The notes below the pieces were generated by a model, which was not told the origin of the DNA, searched no databases, and saw only the letters and a list, made by a program, of their open reading frames with translations. From the IMG/VR virus record IMGVR_UViG_3300044233_000092, positions 1-30,953 of that record: DNA of 30,953 nt. The stretch is one strand, 5' to 3'. Within the stretch, counting starts at the first letter, position 1; every line of letters begins with the position of its first letter. The position numbers and the translations under genes are program-made. The DNA comes from a virus. Lineage: Duplodnaviria; Caudoviricetes. Positions 17,340-26,780 of this stretch are shown here, piece after piece.

Positions 17340-19545
17340 ACGCAACCTTGTCAATAAATTTGTTGAGTAAAACCCTAGAAACACGCTTTGTTTTAAAGTT
17401 TTTAAGAAATTGTTGCTTCATTTTAGCGGCACTCATATCAGTTGTAATATCTGCCTCTTCATCTTTTACCTGTAATTTAGACTTAGGTAAGATATAGAGT
17501 TCATCATAACCAATATTCTTCTTTGTTATTACACCATGTTCTTTCAATTCTTTTCTAGCCTTCATAGTTTCCTCATAAGAGTTTTGATATGGGTCTTTAG
17601 AAAAGTTTGATAGTTCGTTGTATGATAGATTTCTACCACTAGTAACAAAGAAACCAATTAGTTGACTACCAGTCTTATGTTTGAAATAATTGAACATAGG
17701 TTTGTGGCAACGCATAAATTGGTAACCTCTAATATTATTATTGTAACCAAACTGGTATTGTTTGTCTTGTATTACAATATTACCATTTGGGTGGTCTGCC
17801 ATAAAGTTATTCATGTCTTCATCTTTTTCATATTCAGTATTTGCAACCTTAGTAACATTACCACTAGCATGCCCAACACCGTCAGTTAGAAATATAGTAG
17901 TCATTTTTTGTACTCTATATTTTTTCTGAAAGTTGTTTACAATATCAATAGTATGTAAGATTGCACTATCTAATGGAGTGCCACCAAGTCTCATAGGATT
18001 TGGTAAAGTAAAATAACTATCTTCTTCAATATAGTCATCAGTAGGTGTATTGTTCATACCGTATCTATTTCTTCTACCATGAAAGTATTTTGTAGTTTGA
18101 TATAGATAAGTCATTGATTGATTGTAGATAGGAGTTTTTTGCGTTGTATCTACTAATTCCATCATAGTAACATTTTCCATGATAAGTTGATCTTCTTTAT
18201 CATAGATGTATGGAGTATGTTTATATCTACCATTACCTAACCAACCAAGATAATCGTCTTCTTTGTTTTCATCAAAATGTCTTTTACCAATATCAGTAAA
18301 TGCATAAACTTTACAAGGTATTTGTACTGCCTTACAAAACATAACTAGGTTCATTGTTTGTACTAAGGTATCATGCATAGCAGTATCCATACTCCCTGAC
18401 CAATCAACAACTAATATCATACCATGATTTTTTGCACCAGGTGTAATTTCTATTCTTTTAAAGATATCCTCGTTGTATTTGTAAGTATGTAATTTATTCA
18501 TGTTTAGCATACCAGTTCTACTTGTTTTAGTTCTACGGTATGCGTCAGCAGATTTTTTCATTTCAAACTCTTTAACCATATAGTTAACAGTTCTTAATTG
18601 TTGTTGTTTGAATTTTTTGAAGTTTTGATAATATGCGGTATAGTAATTACTATTTCTTTTATTAAACAATTCTAATATTCTTTTATTAGGCACAACCGCA
18701 TTTGTTCTTTTAGGTAAAGTTACATAGATGTTATCTCTATATTCTTTATCTTGTGGCGTCAAAGATTTTTTCTGTTCTTCTAACGCTTTGTCTGTGATTG
18801 CTTCGTTTGTATTTTCTGGGTTGTACCCTGCGTCTTCGTTAGAGGTTTCGCTTTCTCTATCATTATTAGTTTCATTCTCGGCAGTAGTTTCCTCAGTTTG
18901 CTCTTGTTGCTCATAATCATCACCTAATCTTTCAGAAAGTTCAGAACCTGTAACTAATACCTGTTCTTCTTGGTATTGTTCTTCATCAAATACTTCTTCT
19001 TTCGAATAATCAAAAATATCTTGTACTAACTTTTCAACATCTTGCCAAGTATCTAGGTCTTGCGATCTCTTAATAAAACCTTGTTCGATATCGTTAAAGT
19101 CAATATCATTGTAAGTATAACCAGACTTTGTATAAACATTAAGTCTATCTATAAATCTCATTGAGTTAATATCTTTTTCAGATAGTCTAAAGAAATCTCT
19201 TTCTAGTAATTCATTGTAACCATTGAAATAAGATTTTTTCAAACCAGGATATTTAGATTTCATTTTCTTATCAATACGAATATCCTCAACTACATTGTAA
19301 TAAGAATGTGGTATTTTTTTCTCTTTGATTTTTTGTACATCTTCGATTGGCGTATACAAAGCGTGCCCTACTTCATGTCCAACTAACATATCATATAAGT
19401 CATTAGACATTTCGTCCCATACAGGTAAACATAGTAATCTAGTTTTAGGCACAAAATATGCCGTTTCTACTTTTCTATGTTGTACGGTAATATTTTCTGT
19501 GGCAAGAAGTTTTGCCAAGTTTGATTTTTGTTGTTGCGTTATCAT
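17338..19545 (-). CDS. HExxH metallopeptidase-like plus VWA-domain protein (CobT-like partner of the AAA+)
   Basis: HEVGH and NVVED near the N-terminus; acidic linker; MIDAS DWSGS, GGTPL, LTDG; GAGG SD supports the ATG at 19545. Confidence 0.85.
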   Translation of the reverse strand: MITQQQKSNLAKLLATENITVQHRKVETAYFVPKTRLLCLPVWDEMSNDLYDMLVGHEVGHALYTPIEDVQKIKEKKIPHSYYNVVEDIRIDKKMKSKYPGLKKSYFNGYNELLERDFFRLSEKDINSMRFIDRLNVYTKSGYTYNDIDFNDIEQGFIKRSQDLDTWQDVEKLVQDIFDYSKEEVFDEEQYQEEQVLVTGSELSERLGDDYEQQEQTEETTAENETNNDRESETSNEDAGYNPENTNEAITDKALEEQKKSLTPQDKEYRDNIYVTLPKRTNAVVPNKRILELFNKRNSNYYTAYYQNFKKFKQQQLRTVNYMVKEFEMKKSADAYRRTKTSRTGMLNMNKLHTYKYNEDIFKRIEITPGAKNHGMILVVDWSGSMDTAMHDTLVQTMNLVMFCKAVQIPCKVYAFTDIGKRHFDENKEDDYLGWLGNGRYKHTPYIYDKEDQLIMENVTMMELVDTTQKTPIYNQSMTYLYQTTKYFHGRRNRYGMNNTPTDDYIEEDSYFTLPNPMRLGGTPLDSAILHTIDIVNNFQKKYRVQKMTTIFLTDGVGHASGNVTKVANTEYEKDEDMNNFMADHPNGNIVIQDKQYQFGYNNNIRGYQFMRCHKPMFNYFKHKTGSQLIGFFVTSGRNLSYNELSNFSKDPYQNSYEETMKARKELKEHGVITKKNIGYDELYILPKSKLQVKDEEADITTDMSAAKMKQQFLKNFKTKRVSRVLLNKFIDKVA

Positions 19546-19573
19546 AGTCCTCAATATTTTTAATTATAGGTAT

Positions 19574-19642
19574 ATCCTACACTATTTTACCAAAAATGTC
19601 AATAAAATAATTATAATTAAAATCGTTATATTTCAATAACTT
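19574..19642 (-). promoter_or_regulatory. Putative early promoter TTGACA-17-TAGGAT with a 28-bp upstream box (copy 2)
   Basis: Box 25/28 identical to copy 1, same 12-bp offset from the -35. Confidence 0.8.
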
Positions 19643-19668
19643 GACTAGGGTGCGACATTCCGCACAGC

Positions 19669-21207
19669 CTAATGTACTGCTTTCCAGTCAAAATCTGTAA
19701 CCAATTTCATGCCATATTCGTTGTTTCCGTCTGGCAATACCACATCTGGTTTAAGTTTCAACTTGTTTATCTTAAATGGCGTGTAATCAACAAAGTGGTG
19801 CCATCTACCATATTTCCATACTAGACTTGCCACATCTGGGTGCATATCTACTAACATTTGAGATTTATTGATTGTGCCATCTACATTGTAACCTGTCTCT
19901 TTAAATTCTTTGTTATCTGTATTTTCTGCATGGTAAAATTCTGCCGTGTTACCACCTTTAACTGTTTGTGTTGCAGCCTTACCTTGTAGAAAGGCATTGA
20001 ATTGAACGCAACAATCACCATCTTTCATTACTCGTAAACAGATATCAGTATCTTCATTATATCTACCACGCCATCTATGTTTAGTATCATTACGAATTAA
20101 TAAACAACTGTATATTCTAGTGTTCGATACAAATGGTGGGTAATTACTATCTGGTGCAATAAAGAAACGATATTGTGGACCTGCAATATAAATGTTTTCG
20201 TATCTATCAACAAAATCTTCCATCACTTGAAAACCAACACCACTTTCAAATCTTATTCTTTGATTATTATGTAAACGATAAAAGTCTGATATGTTATCAT
20301 CAAATACCCAATGACTTGTTGCACCAATAGATATAGAATGATCCCATGCCCAGTTTCTTGCACGACCAGGTCCATCACCGTGATTAGAGAATGGTGCCTC
20401 TAGTAGAGTTACATATTCTCTTATCTTAAAATTATCTAGCGCCTTATCGTAGTCTTGCATGTCTTGTGGTTCTACTACAATATAATGTGGTACCTGCATA
20501 CGGGCAAGTGATCTACTTGTAATCATTGTATCACTACGACCTTTACTTACAATGTAACAAGGGTGTCTAGGGTTAGTTCTCTTTTCTTGTACCCATCGTA
20601 ATAATAAATTTTTAGTAATCTCTAGTTTGGGGTGCCAGATAGATTTACTTTTTTCTGTAACTTCTTGTTCTATCTTTTCACCAAACTCTTTGTAATCTTC
20701 TTTTGTTCTAAAGTGTAATAGAAACTTACGATATGGTGCGTTGTCTTCTTGTTTATATTCTGGCATACCTTTCCAATGTTTAGGCCATGCGTTGTCTTGT
20801 ATTTCACTATCTCTTGTTTTGTCTGCTTTTACTTTACCAAAAAATTTTTTGACTTTCTTTGGTTCTAGTTTTCTTCTATCAATCACAACTGGTTCATCAT
20901 CATCTGCCAGAAAACTTGTACCTGCACTTGTAGATTTAAGTGGGTAGTATGTTTCTGATACATCACCAGGTATCATTTGATTAATCTTTTTACAAAAGTC
21001 TTCTAGGTCATCTAGGTTTCTAAATGCCATGTAGATTGTTTTGTATGTATCGTCTTTTTGTTTTATTTCTTTTTGGGTAGTATCAATAACAGTACCCACA
21101 ATAAGATCATCACCTTCAACATGTCTATCCAATGTGGCGATGTATTCGTCATCTTTGACTTGGGTCTTTTCCATAAAGTTATCATATCTTGCACTTTCTT
21201 TTACCAT
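19669..21207 (-). CDS. TAGT/GREB1-like GT-A glycosyltransferase with two tandem N-terminal small domains
   Basis: YIVSKGR, YIVVEPQD, ARNWAWDHS, HWVFDDNI (DxD-like), RYNEDTD, KGGN. Confidence 0.75.
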   Translation of the reverse strand: MVKESARYDNFMEKTQVKDDEYIATLDRHVEGDDLIVGTVIDTTQKEIKQKDDTYKTIYMAFRNLDDLEDFCKKINQMIPGDVSETYYPLKSTSAGTSFLADDDEPVVIDRRKLEPKKVKKFFGKVKADKTRDSEIQDNAWPKHWKGMPEYKQEDNAPYRKFLLHFRTKEDYKEFGEKIEQEVTEKSKSIWHPKLEITKNLLLRWVQEKRTNPRHPCYIVSKGRSDTMITSRSLARMQVPHYIVVEPQDMQDYDKALDNFKIREYVTLLEAPFSNHGDGPGRARNWAWDHSISIGATSHWVFDDNISDFYRLHNNQRIRFESGVGFQVMEDFVDRYENIYIAGPQYRFFIAPDSNYPPFVSNTRIYSCLLIRNDTKHRWRGRYNEDTDICLRVMKDGDCCVQFNAFLQGKAATQTVKGGNTAEFYHAENTDNKEFKETGYNVDGTINKSQMLVDMHPDVASLVWKYGRWHHFVDYTPFKINKLKLKPDVVLPDGNNEYGMKLVTDFDWKAVH

Positions 21208-22064
21208 TAAATAAACTCCTCTAAACTATTTGTATTACCTTTCTTATATGCCTTTGACCAAGACACTTTGACTTTACCATAATCTCTGAAACCACCTTGC
21301 ACTCTGGTACCGTCTGTATTATATAGGATTTTAAAAAACTCTGGAAATCTTTCTTGTATCTTTTTATGGTCGTTATGTGTTTGTTCAAATGTTTGATTGT
21401 CCCATACTGTACTTGCCATATTCTTTTTTGTAACACTTGTATTTGAAAAACAAAACTCACTTGATACTCTGTTACCATAACCATTTGTAAGTAATGTTAA
21501 AAAGAAGTGTGTATCTTCCATCACTCGTATAGATGTTAGATCCCATTTGTGTAAGTCTTTATAGAAATCTTTACCATTGAACCAAACACCAGAGCCAAGA
21601 CTTGAATGATTGACATATGGTTTACCACCAGGTGGATTTTCTACATGACTACAACCACAGAATGATACTTCATCTTCATCTAACCATTTTTCATATAGTT
21701 CAAACATTTCTAATATATCATCTGGCGTACATAATCGTCTGGACTTTTCCATGTTATCTTTGCCACCAAAGTATTTACTGTTTCGTCTATGAAAGTTTAA
21801 GTCATCATCTAATACCACATACTTACTATCACCTGCTTTATCATATATAAATTTTCTTGTTTTTGGTAAACAATAATATTCTGAATAATGATATTCTTTT
21901 GTATTTGGTAATACCATAACAGAACCTAGAAAGTTTGGTAGATTATAGTTACCTAGTTCATGTGCCTGTACAACCAATGTAACTTTTCTTTGTAATTCTT
22001 CTGGTAAATGATTGTAAGTAATCTGGTTGTTGTATCTATGAACAGTTGGTATATAAATTTTCAT
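21207..22064 (-). CDS. Second GT-A glycosyltransferase-like protein (TAGT / T-even glucosyl-HMC glucosyltransferase-like)
   Basis: IYIPTVHR, VVLDDDL, MEDTHFFLTLL; TAATG-coupled to the next gene. Confidence 0.7.
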   Translation of the reverse strand: MKIYIPTVHRYNNQITYNHLPEELQRKVTLVVQAHELGNYNLPNFLGSVMVLPNTKEYHYSEYYCLPKTRKFIYDKAGDSKYVVLDDDLNFHRRNSKYFGGKDNMEKSRRLCTPDDILEMFELYEKWLDEDEVSFCGCSHVENPPGGKPYVNHSSLGSGVWFNGKDFYKDLHKWDLTSIRVMEDTHFFLTLLTNGYGNRVSSEFCFSNTSVTKKNMASTVWDNQTFEQTHNDHKKIQERFPEFFKILYNTDGTRVQGGFRDYGKVKVSWSKAYKKGNTNSLEEFI

Positions 22065-22071
22065 ATTCTAT

Positions 22072-22100
22072 ATTATATCACAAAATAATAAAAAAGTCAA
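22072..22100 (-). promoter_or_regulatory. Sigma70-type promoter TTGACT-17-TATAAT
   Basis: 7 nt from the -10 to the ATG at 22064, no SD. Confidence 0.8.
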
Positions 22101-22102
22101 GC

Positions 22103-23809
22103 CTACTCAATAATTTTAGTAAAATTCCCTACTTTTTCAAACTTCATTACATTGGCAAATCTATCTGCTATCATATCTGTTTTGTGTGATATGATAAAGA
22201 CATTCTCACCCTCTAAAGTATTTAGGATTTTCAAAAAGTCATCTGTGCCTGTACCATCTAAACTACTGTCAAATATTTCATCTAGTAATAAAAGATTGGT
22301 AGATATACTATTCTTCATCTTCGCAATGGCACGCCAAGTAAATAATAGTGCCAGATTTATTCTCATCTTTTCACCCTCACTAAATGAGGCATAAGAAAAC
22401 TCGTCACGGAATCTACTTCGTATTGTTTCTTTAAATTCATTATCTAATCTAAAGTTTACAAAGAAATCCATACTTGCAAGATACTTGTTAATAAGTTGGT
22501 TCATTATTGGTAGATATTGTTTTATTACTTTTGTTTTAATACCACTATCATTTAACATTGTTTTTGCCGCGGTCAAATAATCTAGTTCTTCACTCTTACT
22601 TAATTTTTTTTCATCAATACCTTTTTGTTGTTCTTCTAATTCTAATAGTTTGCCTCTCGCTTCGCCACTATCACTTGATTGTTGTTTTAATTCATTTATC
22701 TTATGTGTTAATTTTGTGTTAATATTGTGTAACTCTAATTTTGATTGTTCAAACTTGGCCACATCTATTTCTACTGTTCTTATATCTGCCTCTATACTTT
22801 GTATCTTTTCTAATTTTTTACTAATGTTTCTTATTTCTTTATCCGCGTCTTCTAATGCTTGATTCCATTTCATAATAGATTGATTGTTGTCTCTAATCAT
22901 ATCTTGTTTATTACTCAATACTTGTTTACATGTTGGACAGTTATCATGGTTCTCATAGAAAGATTTGTGTTTGTTACATTCTTTTAATTTACTTTCAAAC
23001 TGTGCCTCAAAGTTTCGTAACTTATTTGATTTGTCAGATAGATTATCTTTGTCTTTAATATCAGATCGTAGTTTAGATATTTCAGATTGTAAGGCACTAA
23101 TGTGTGTATTGTATTTGTCTATTGCATTTGTATTACTGGTAACTTTCTCTATCTCACTTTGTACTTCAATATTAGATCGTTCTTGTAACTTACCAATATA
23201 TTCTTTTTGTGTTTCTATCTTGGCATTTGTGATATCAAGTTCTCTTAATATATCTTTGATTTGTTCTTCTTGTTCTTTTATCCTGACTTTGGCAAGCATT
23301 TGCATTACAGAAAATATCTTAATATCTAATATGTCCTCAACGACCTCTCTACGATAAGAGGACTTTAATTCCATAAAAGGTACGAAGGTTGAAGACCCTA
23401 ATATAACAACTTGTGTAAAACTTCTATAATTAAACTTTAGTATTTGTTGTTCTAACATCTTTTGATAATCTGCAATTGTAGCGTCTTGGTTTATCATTTC
23501 ACCATTCTGGTAGATTTCAAATATGTTAGGTTTGATACCTCGTCTAATTTTATACTTGTTGTTTGATATACTAAACTCTAGTTCTACCTCTGTGCCACCT
23601 AAATTAATACTATTGACTAATTGTTCTTGTTTGATTTCTCTAAAAGGTTTTTTAAACAAAGCAAAACATAAGGCGTCTAATATAGTAGATTTACCTGCAC
23701 CATTATGACCTACTATAAGTGTAGTAGAGTTTTGGTCTAGTGGTACCTCTATAAATTGATTACCAGAAGATAGAAAGTTTTTCCATCTTATCTTTTCAAA
23801 TACTATCAT
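22103..23809 (-). CDS. 46: Recombination endonuclease ATPase subunit (gp46, Rad50/SbcC-like)
   Basis: GHNGAGKST, CPTC zinc hook, FSEGE signature, LLLDE, ISHK. Confidence 0.97.
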   Translation of the reverse strand: MIVFEKIRWKNFLSSGNQFIEVPLDQNSTTLIVGHNGAGKSTILDALCFALFKKPFREIKQEQLVNSINLGGTEVELEFSISNNKYKIRRGIKPNIFEIYQNGEMINQDATIADYQKMLEQQILKFNYRSFTQVVILGSSTFVPFMELKSSYRREVVEDILDIKIFSVMQMLAKVRIKEQEEQIKDILRELDITNAKIETQKEYIGKLQERSNIEVQSEIEKVTSNTNAIDKYNTHISALQSEISKLRSDIKDKDNLSDKSNKLRNFEAQFESKLKECNKHKSFYENHDNCPTCKQVLSNKQDMIRDNNQSIMKWNQALEDADKEIRNISKKLEKIQSIEADIRTVEIDVAKFEQSKLELHNINTKLTHKINELKQQSSDSGEARGKLLELEEQQKGIDEKKLSKSEELDYLTAAKTMLNDSGIKTKVIKQYLPIMNQLINKYLASMDFFVNFRLDNEFKETIRSRFRDEFSYASFSEGEKMRINLALLFTWRAIAKMKNSISTNLLLLDEIFDSSLDGTGTDDFLKILNTLEGENVFIISHKTDMIADRFANVMKFEKVGNFTKIIE

Positions 23810-24553
23810 TTACCAATATCTATTAGGGTATTCTTCTTTGTTTGTAAATCGTAAGTTGCCTGACACACTTACTCTCACACCTTTTGTTTTGAATGGATAA
23901 ACTTCATGGTTCAATTCTGCAGGAAAGATCCACATGTTACCAACTTCTGGAAAGATAGGGTGGCTAGTTTCTTTCCATTTCTGGTCGCCTCTTTGACTTA
24001 ATTCCATACAAAAGTTTAATGTGCCTGGTGGTGTTGAGTTTGATACATGATTTTTGATTTCATCTTCCCACTCTGGGTTTTGACAAAATATAACAAATGA
24101 TAAATCACCACTATGATTATGTGTAGGATTAAACTCACCTGCTTGCATGTAATTAATCCATAAACTTTCTAAACTAAATTTCATAGGAAAACGAATACTA
24201 TTACCATCTTTATCTTTTGGTAAGTATTCATGTAATTCAAAATGATCTTCATGGCTATGTCTGTATGCCATAAATATCTTTGCCATTTTAGACATGAACC
24301 AATCTCTATCTTCTGCTTTATAAAAATGTTCTTTTTCTAAATGACCAGCAAGTGCCGGTCTAGCGTCATTCGCTCTATTTTTTTGTGATCTTTCAACAAG
24401 TTCATTTATAAAGTACATAGGTAGTTTGATACCCATAACAAATGGTCCCCAAACACAACTCTTAAATTTAAATTGTGATTTTTCACTTTCTAAATCAACA
24501 GGTTCAATTCCTTGTAACCTACTGATATAACTTGGTACAGTATCTTTCATCAT
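23810..24553 (-). CDS. 2OG-Fe(II) oxygenase-like protein
   Basis: WINY...NPTHNH...IFPAELNHEVYP...RVSVSGN (HxH...H triad and distal Arg). Confidence 0.8.
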   Translation of the reverse strand: MMKDTVPSYISRLQGIEPVDLESEKSQFKFKSCVWGPFVMGIKLPMYFINELVERSQKNRANDARPALAGHLEKEHFYKAEDRDWFMSKMAKIFMAYRHSHEDHFELHEYLPKDKDGNSIRFPMKFSLESLWINYMQAGEFNPTHNHSGDLSFVIFCQNPEWEDEIKNHVSNSTPPGTLNFCMELSQRGDQKWKETSHPIFPEVGNMWIFPAELNHEVYPFKTKGVRVSVSGNLRFTNKEEYPNRYW

Positions 24554-25605
24554 ATTTCAATATCTCCTGCCTCAGTATATAAAGATTTCATTAAGACTTT
24601 TAACTTATCTTTATTTAAGTCTGTTTCTAGTTGTTCAATATAATTATCTAAAAGTGTTGGTGTATCTTCACTTCTTTCCGCGATATCATCTGCCACAGTA
24701 GAAGCGTCTAGGTCAGAAAAGTCTTCAACAACTTTTATATCATTGACGGTTGTTTTATAAAACCCGTCTAAAAATTTATCAAATAAGAAATAATCTTTTT
24801 TCTTTTCGACAATCAGTTTTACAAACTTGTCATTGTATTTCGAATGATCAAAGTTTGAGTAATCGTTTGTTTCATCATTGTAATATATTTTTTCGTGTAT
24901 TGTTTCTGGGTTTCGTATATGTTTTATTTCTCTTGTTTCTGTATCTAGTATATGAAAACCTTTTGGGCAATTGTGATCTGCCCAGTTAAACTCGTATGGA
25001 CTACCAAGATAATATATTTGACCATCGTCAGATTTTTTATGAAAGTGGCCAGACAATACTGTTTCAAATCGTCTAAACAATTTCTTTTCTAACCCATTTG
25101 TTGATATATGGCCATTGTGCATTTCAAAACCTTTGATTTCTAAATGACCAAGTACCATATCTGCGCTTTCTTGTTCTAACATCATAGTTGTTTGTTCTAT
25201 GTTAGAAGAATTAACCCATGGTAGAAATAAAAATCTCATATCATCTATTGTTGTTATGATAGGATCTTTATGTATATTAAACAATAAAGGGTTCAGTAAT
25301 TCAGTTGGTGAATTTATTTCATTTGTATTCTTATAGTAAGTATCGTGGTTACCTACAATGATATCAACATTACAACCACGATTGATTAATGGGTTTACAA
25401 ACTTATTGTTAAAGTCAGATAGTGTTTTAAAATTTACAAACTTTCGTCTATCTAACACATCACCAAGATGTATCACATTCTTTATATGATTAGCCTCTAG
25501 GTAAGGAAAAAATATCTCATCATAAAACTTATAAAAGTATTTACTGTAATGAGGATTATCGTTTCTTGCACCTAGGTGTGTATCTGCAATTAAAGCAATT
25601 TCCAT
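24550..25605 (-). CDS. 47: Recombination endonuclease nuclease subunit (gp47, Mre11/SbcD-like)
   Basis: ADTHLG, LGDVLDRR, GNHD, SGHFH. Confidence 0.96.
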   Translation of the reverse strand: MEIALIADTHLGARNDNPHYSKYFYKFYDEIFFPYLEANHIKNVIHLGDVLDRRKFVNFKTLSDFNNKFVNPLINRGCNVDIIVGNHDTYYKNTNEINSPTELLNPLLFNIHKDPIITTIDDMRFLFLPWVNSSNIEQTTMMLEQESADMVLGHLEIKGFEMHNGHISTNGLEKKLFRRFETVLSGHFHKKSDDGQIYYLGSPYEFNWADHNCPKGFHILDTETREIKHIRNPETIHEKIYYNDETNDYSNFDHSKYNDKFVKLIVEKKKDYFLFDKFLDGFYKTTVNDIKVVEDFSDLDASTVADDIAERSEDTPTLLDNYIEQLETDLNKDKLKVLMKSLYTEAGDIEI

Positions 25606-25606
25606 A

Positions 25607-26164
25607 TTATGCCATAAAGTATTCTAATTTCTTAGGTTCTTTCTTTTTTCTTTTTGTTGGTTTGTTTTCAACTGGTTTTGGTTCTTCTTCGTATATCATA
25701 TTCTTTTTAAGAAAATCTGTATAGGCATTTTGATATTCTGTATTATCACTTTCTTGCCTTACAATCTCATCTAGTCCACCCTTCATTATTAGTTTTTGTT
25801 TTATCGTTGTTTGTTTTTTCTCTTTCTGTATTCTACGAATAAAAGCATAATAAATTATTTGGGTGAAGTAGGCAAAAGGATTAGATGACTTTTCAGGGTC
25901 AAAGTTGGCGACATACTGTAAACAGTTTTCTATGCCATCACTAATCATATCCTCTTTGTATGTATAGTTTATAAAGTTTGGTCTATAAGACAAATGGTTT
26001 GCAATCTTTAAAAAACATTCACCAATGTAATCACTTATTGGTGGGTCTCGTCTTTTTCTATTTCTTGCACTTACCACTTTCTTATGGTATTTTTTCATTT
26101 CTTCAAGGAACTTTTTATTATCAACATAATGTTCCTTTTTGCGTGTATTTAATTTTACATTCAT
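25607..26164 (-). CDS. 55: Late-transcription sigma factor (gp55)
   Basis: HYVDNKKF, IANHLSYRPNFINYTY, NPFAYFTQIIYYAFIRRI. Confidence 0.96.
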   Translation of the reverse strand: MNVKLNTRKKEHYVDNKKFLEEMKKYHKKVVSARNRKRRDPPISDYIGECFLKIANHLSYRPNFINYTYKEDMISDGIENCLQYVANFDPEKSSNPFAYFTQIIYYAFIRRIQKEKKQTTIKQKLIMKGGLDEIVRQESDNTEYQNAYTDFLKKNMIYEEEPKPVENKPTKRKKKEPKKLEYFMA

Positions 26165-26172
26165 AATTAGTT

Positions 26173-26201
26173 ATTATATCATATTATAGTATAAAAGTCA
26201 A
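26173..26201 (-). promoter_or_regulatory. Sigma70-type promoter TTGACT-17-TATAAT for the gp55 operon
   Basis: 8 nt from the -10 to the ATG, no SD. Confidence 0.8.
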
Positions 26202-26247
26202 CCATATATACTAGATTTAGTTAAATTAATTTTATTAAAAATAATGC

Positions 26248-26276
26248 TTGACAAAACCGTTGACTTGGTATATAAT
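26248..26276 (+). promoter_or_regulatory. Perfect consensus plus-strand (antisense) promoter TTGACA-17-TATAAT
   Basis: -35 at 26248-26253, -10 at 26271-26276, AT-rich upstream. Confidence 0.75.
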
Positions 26277-26308
26277 GGGCCATGCCCCGGTTGTCAGAGT
26301 ATCTTGCT

Positions 26309-26767
26309 TTAGTGTTTAGTTTTGTTACCTTTGAGATATTCCATAGTATCATAGTAATCCTCATCATTCATTTTATCTAATAGTTTTTGCATACTGTCTT
26401 TTTCTCTTTTCAATTTATCTTGTAAAGGTTCTAATTTTTTGTTATAATTCATTCTTAAATTATTATAATAATCTTTGAGACTATCGTTAGGCACCGCCAA
26501 GGTCATTACATTATTTTTATGTATTGAGAATATTTTATCAGTAGATTGAAATACCCAAGGTCTTAATGCCATACGCTCTTCAATCCAGTATTGGTCATCT
26601 TCAACTGGTTCGTTATGCAAATCTATTTTATATGGATCACTCAATCGCAAAAAGTCTGAGCCTTCTTGCACTAAAATACCTGCGATTACTTGTTCACCTG
26701 AAACAAGTTTAAGTAACCTAGGTACAGGTATTTTTACATGAGTTTCTTTTACTTTTTCATTACTCAT
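26309..26767 (-). CDS. Conserved hypothetical protein between uvsW and gp55 (possible Sm-like fold)
   Basis: LLKLVSGEQVIA...LRPW pattern; has its own late promoter. Confidence 0.75.
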   Translation of the reverse strand: MSNEKVKETHVKIPVPRLLKLVSGEQVIAGILVQEGSDFLRLSDPYKIDLHNEPVEDDQYWIEERMALRPWVFQSTDKIFSIHKNNVMTLAVPNDSLKDYYNNLRMNYNKKLEPLQDKLKREKDSMQKLLDKMNDEDYYDTMEYLKGNKTKH

Positions 26768-26772
26768 ATTAG

Positions 26773-26780
26773 TATTTATA
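26773..26780 (-). promoter_or_regulatory. Late promoter TATAAATA (leaderless geometry)
   Basis: TATAAATACTAATATG, identical to the gp3 promoter-start. Confidence 0.8.
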
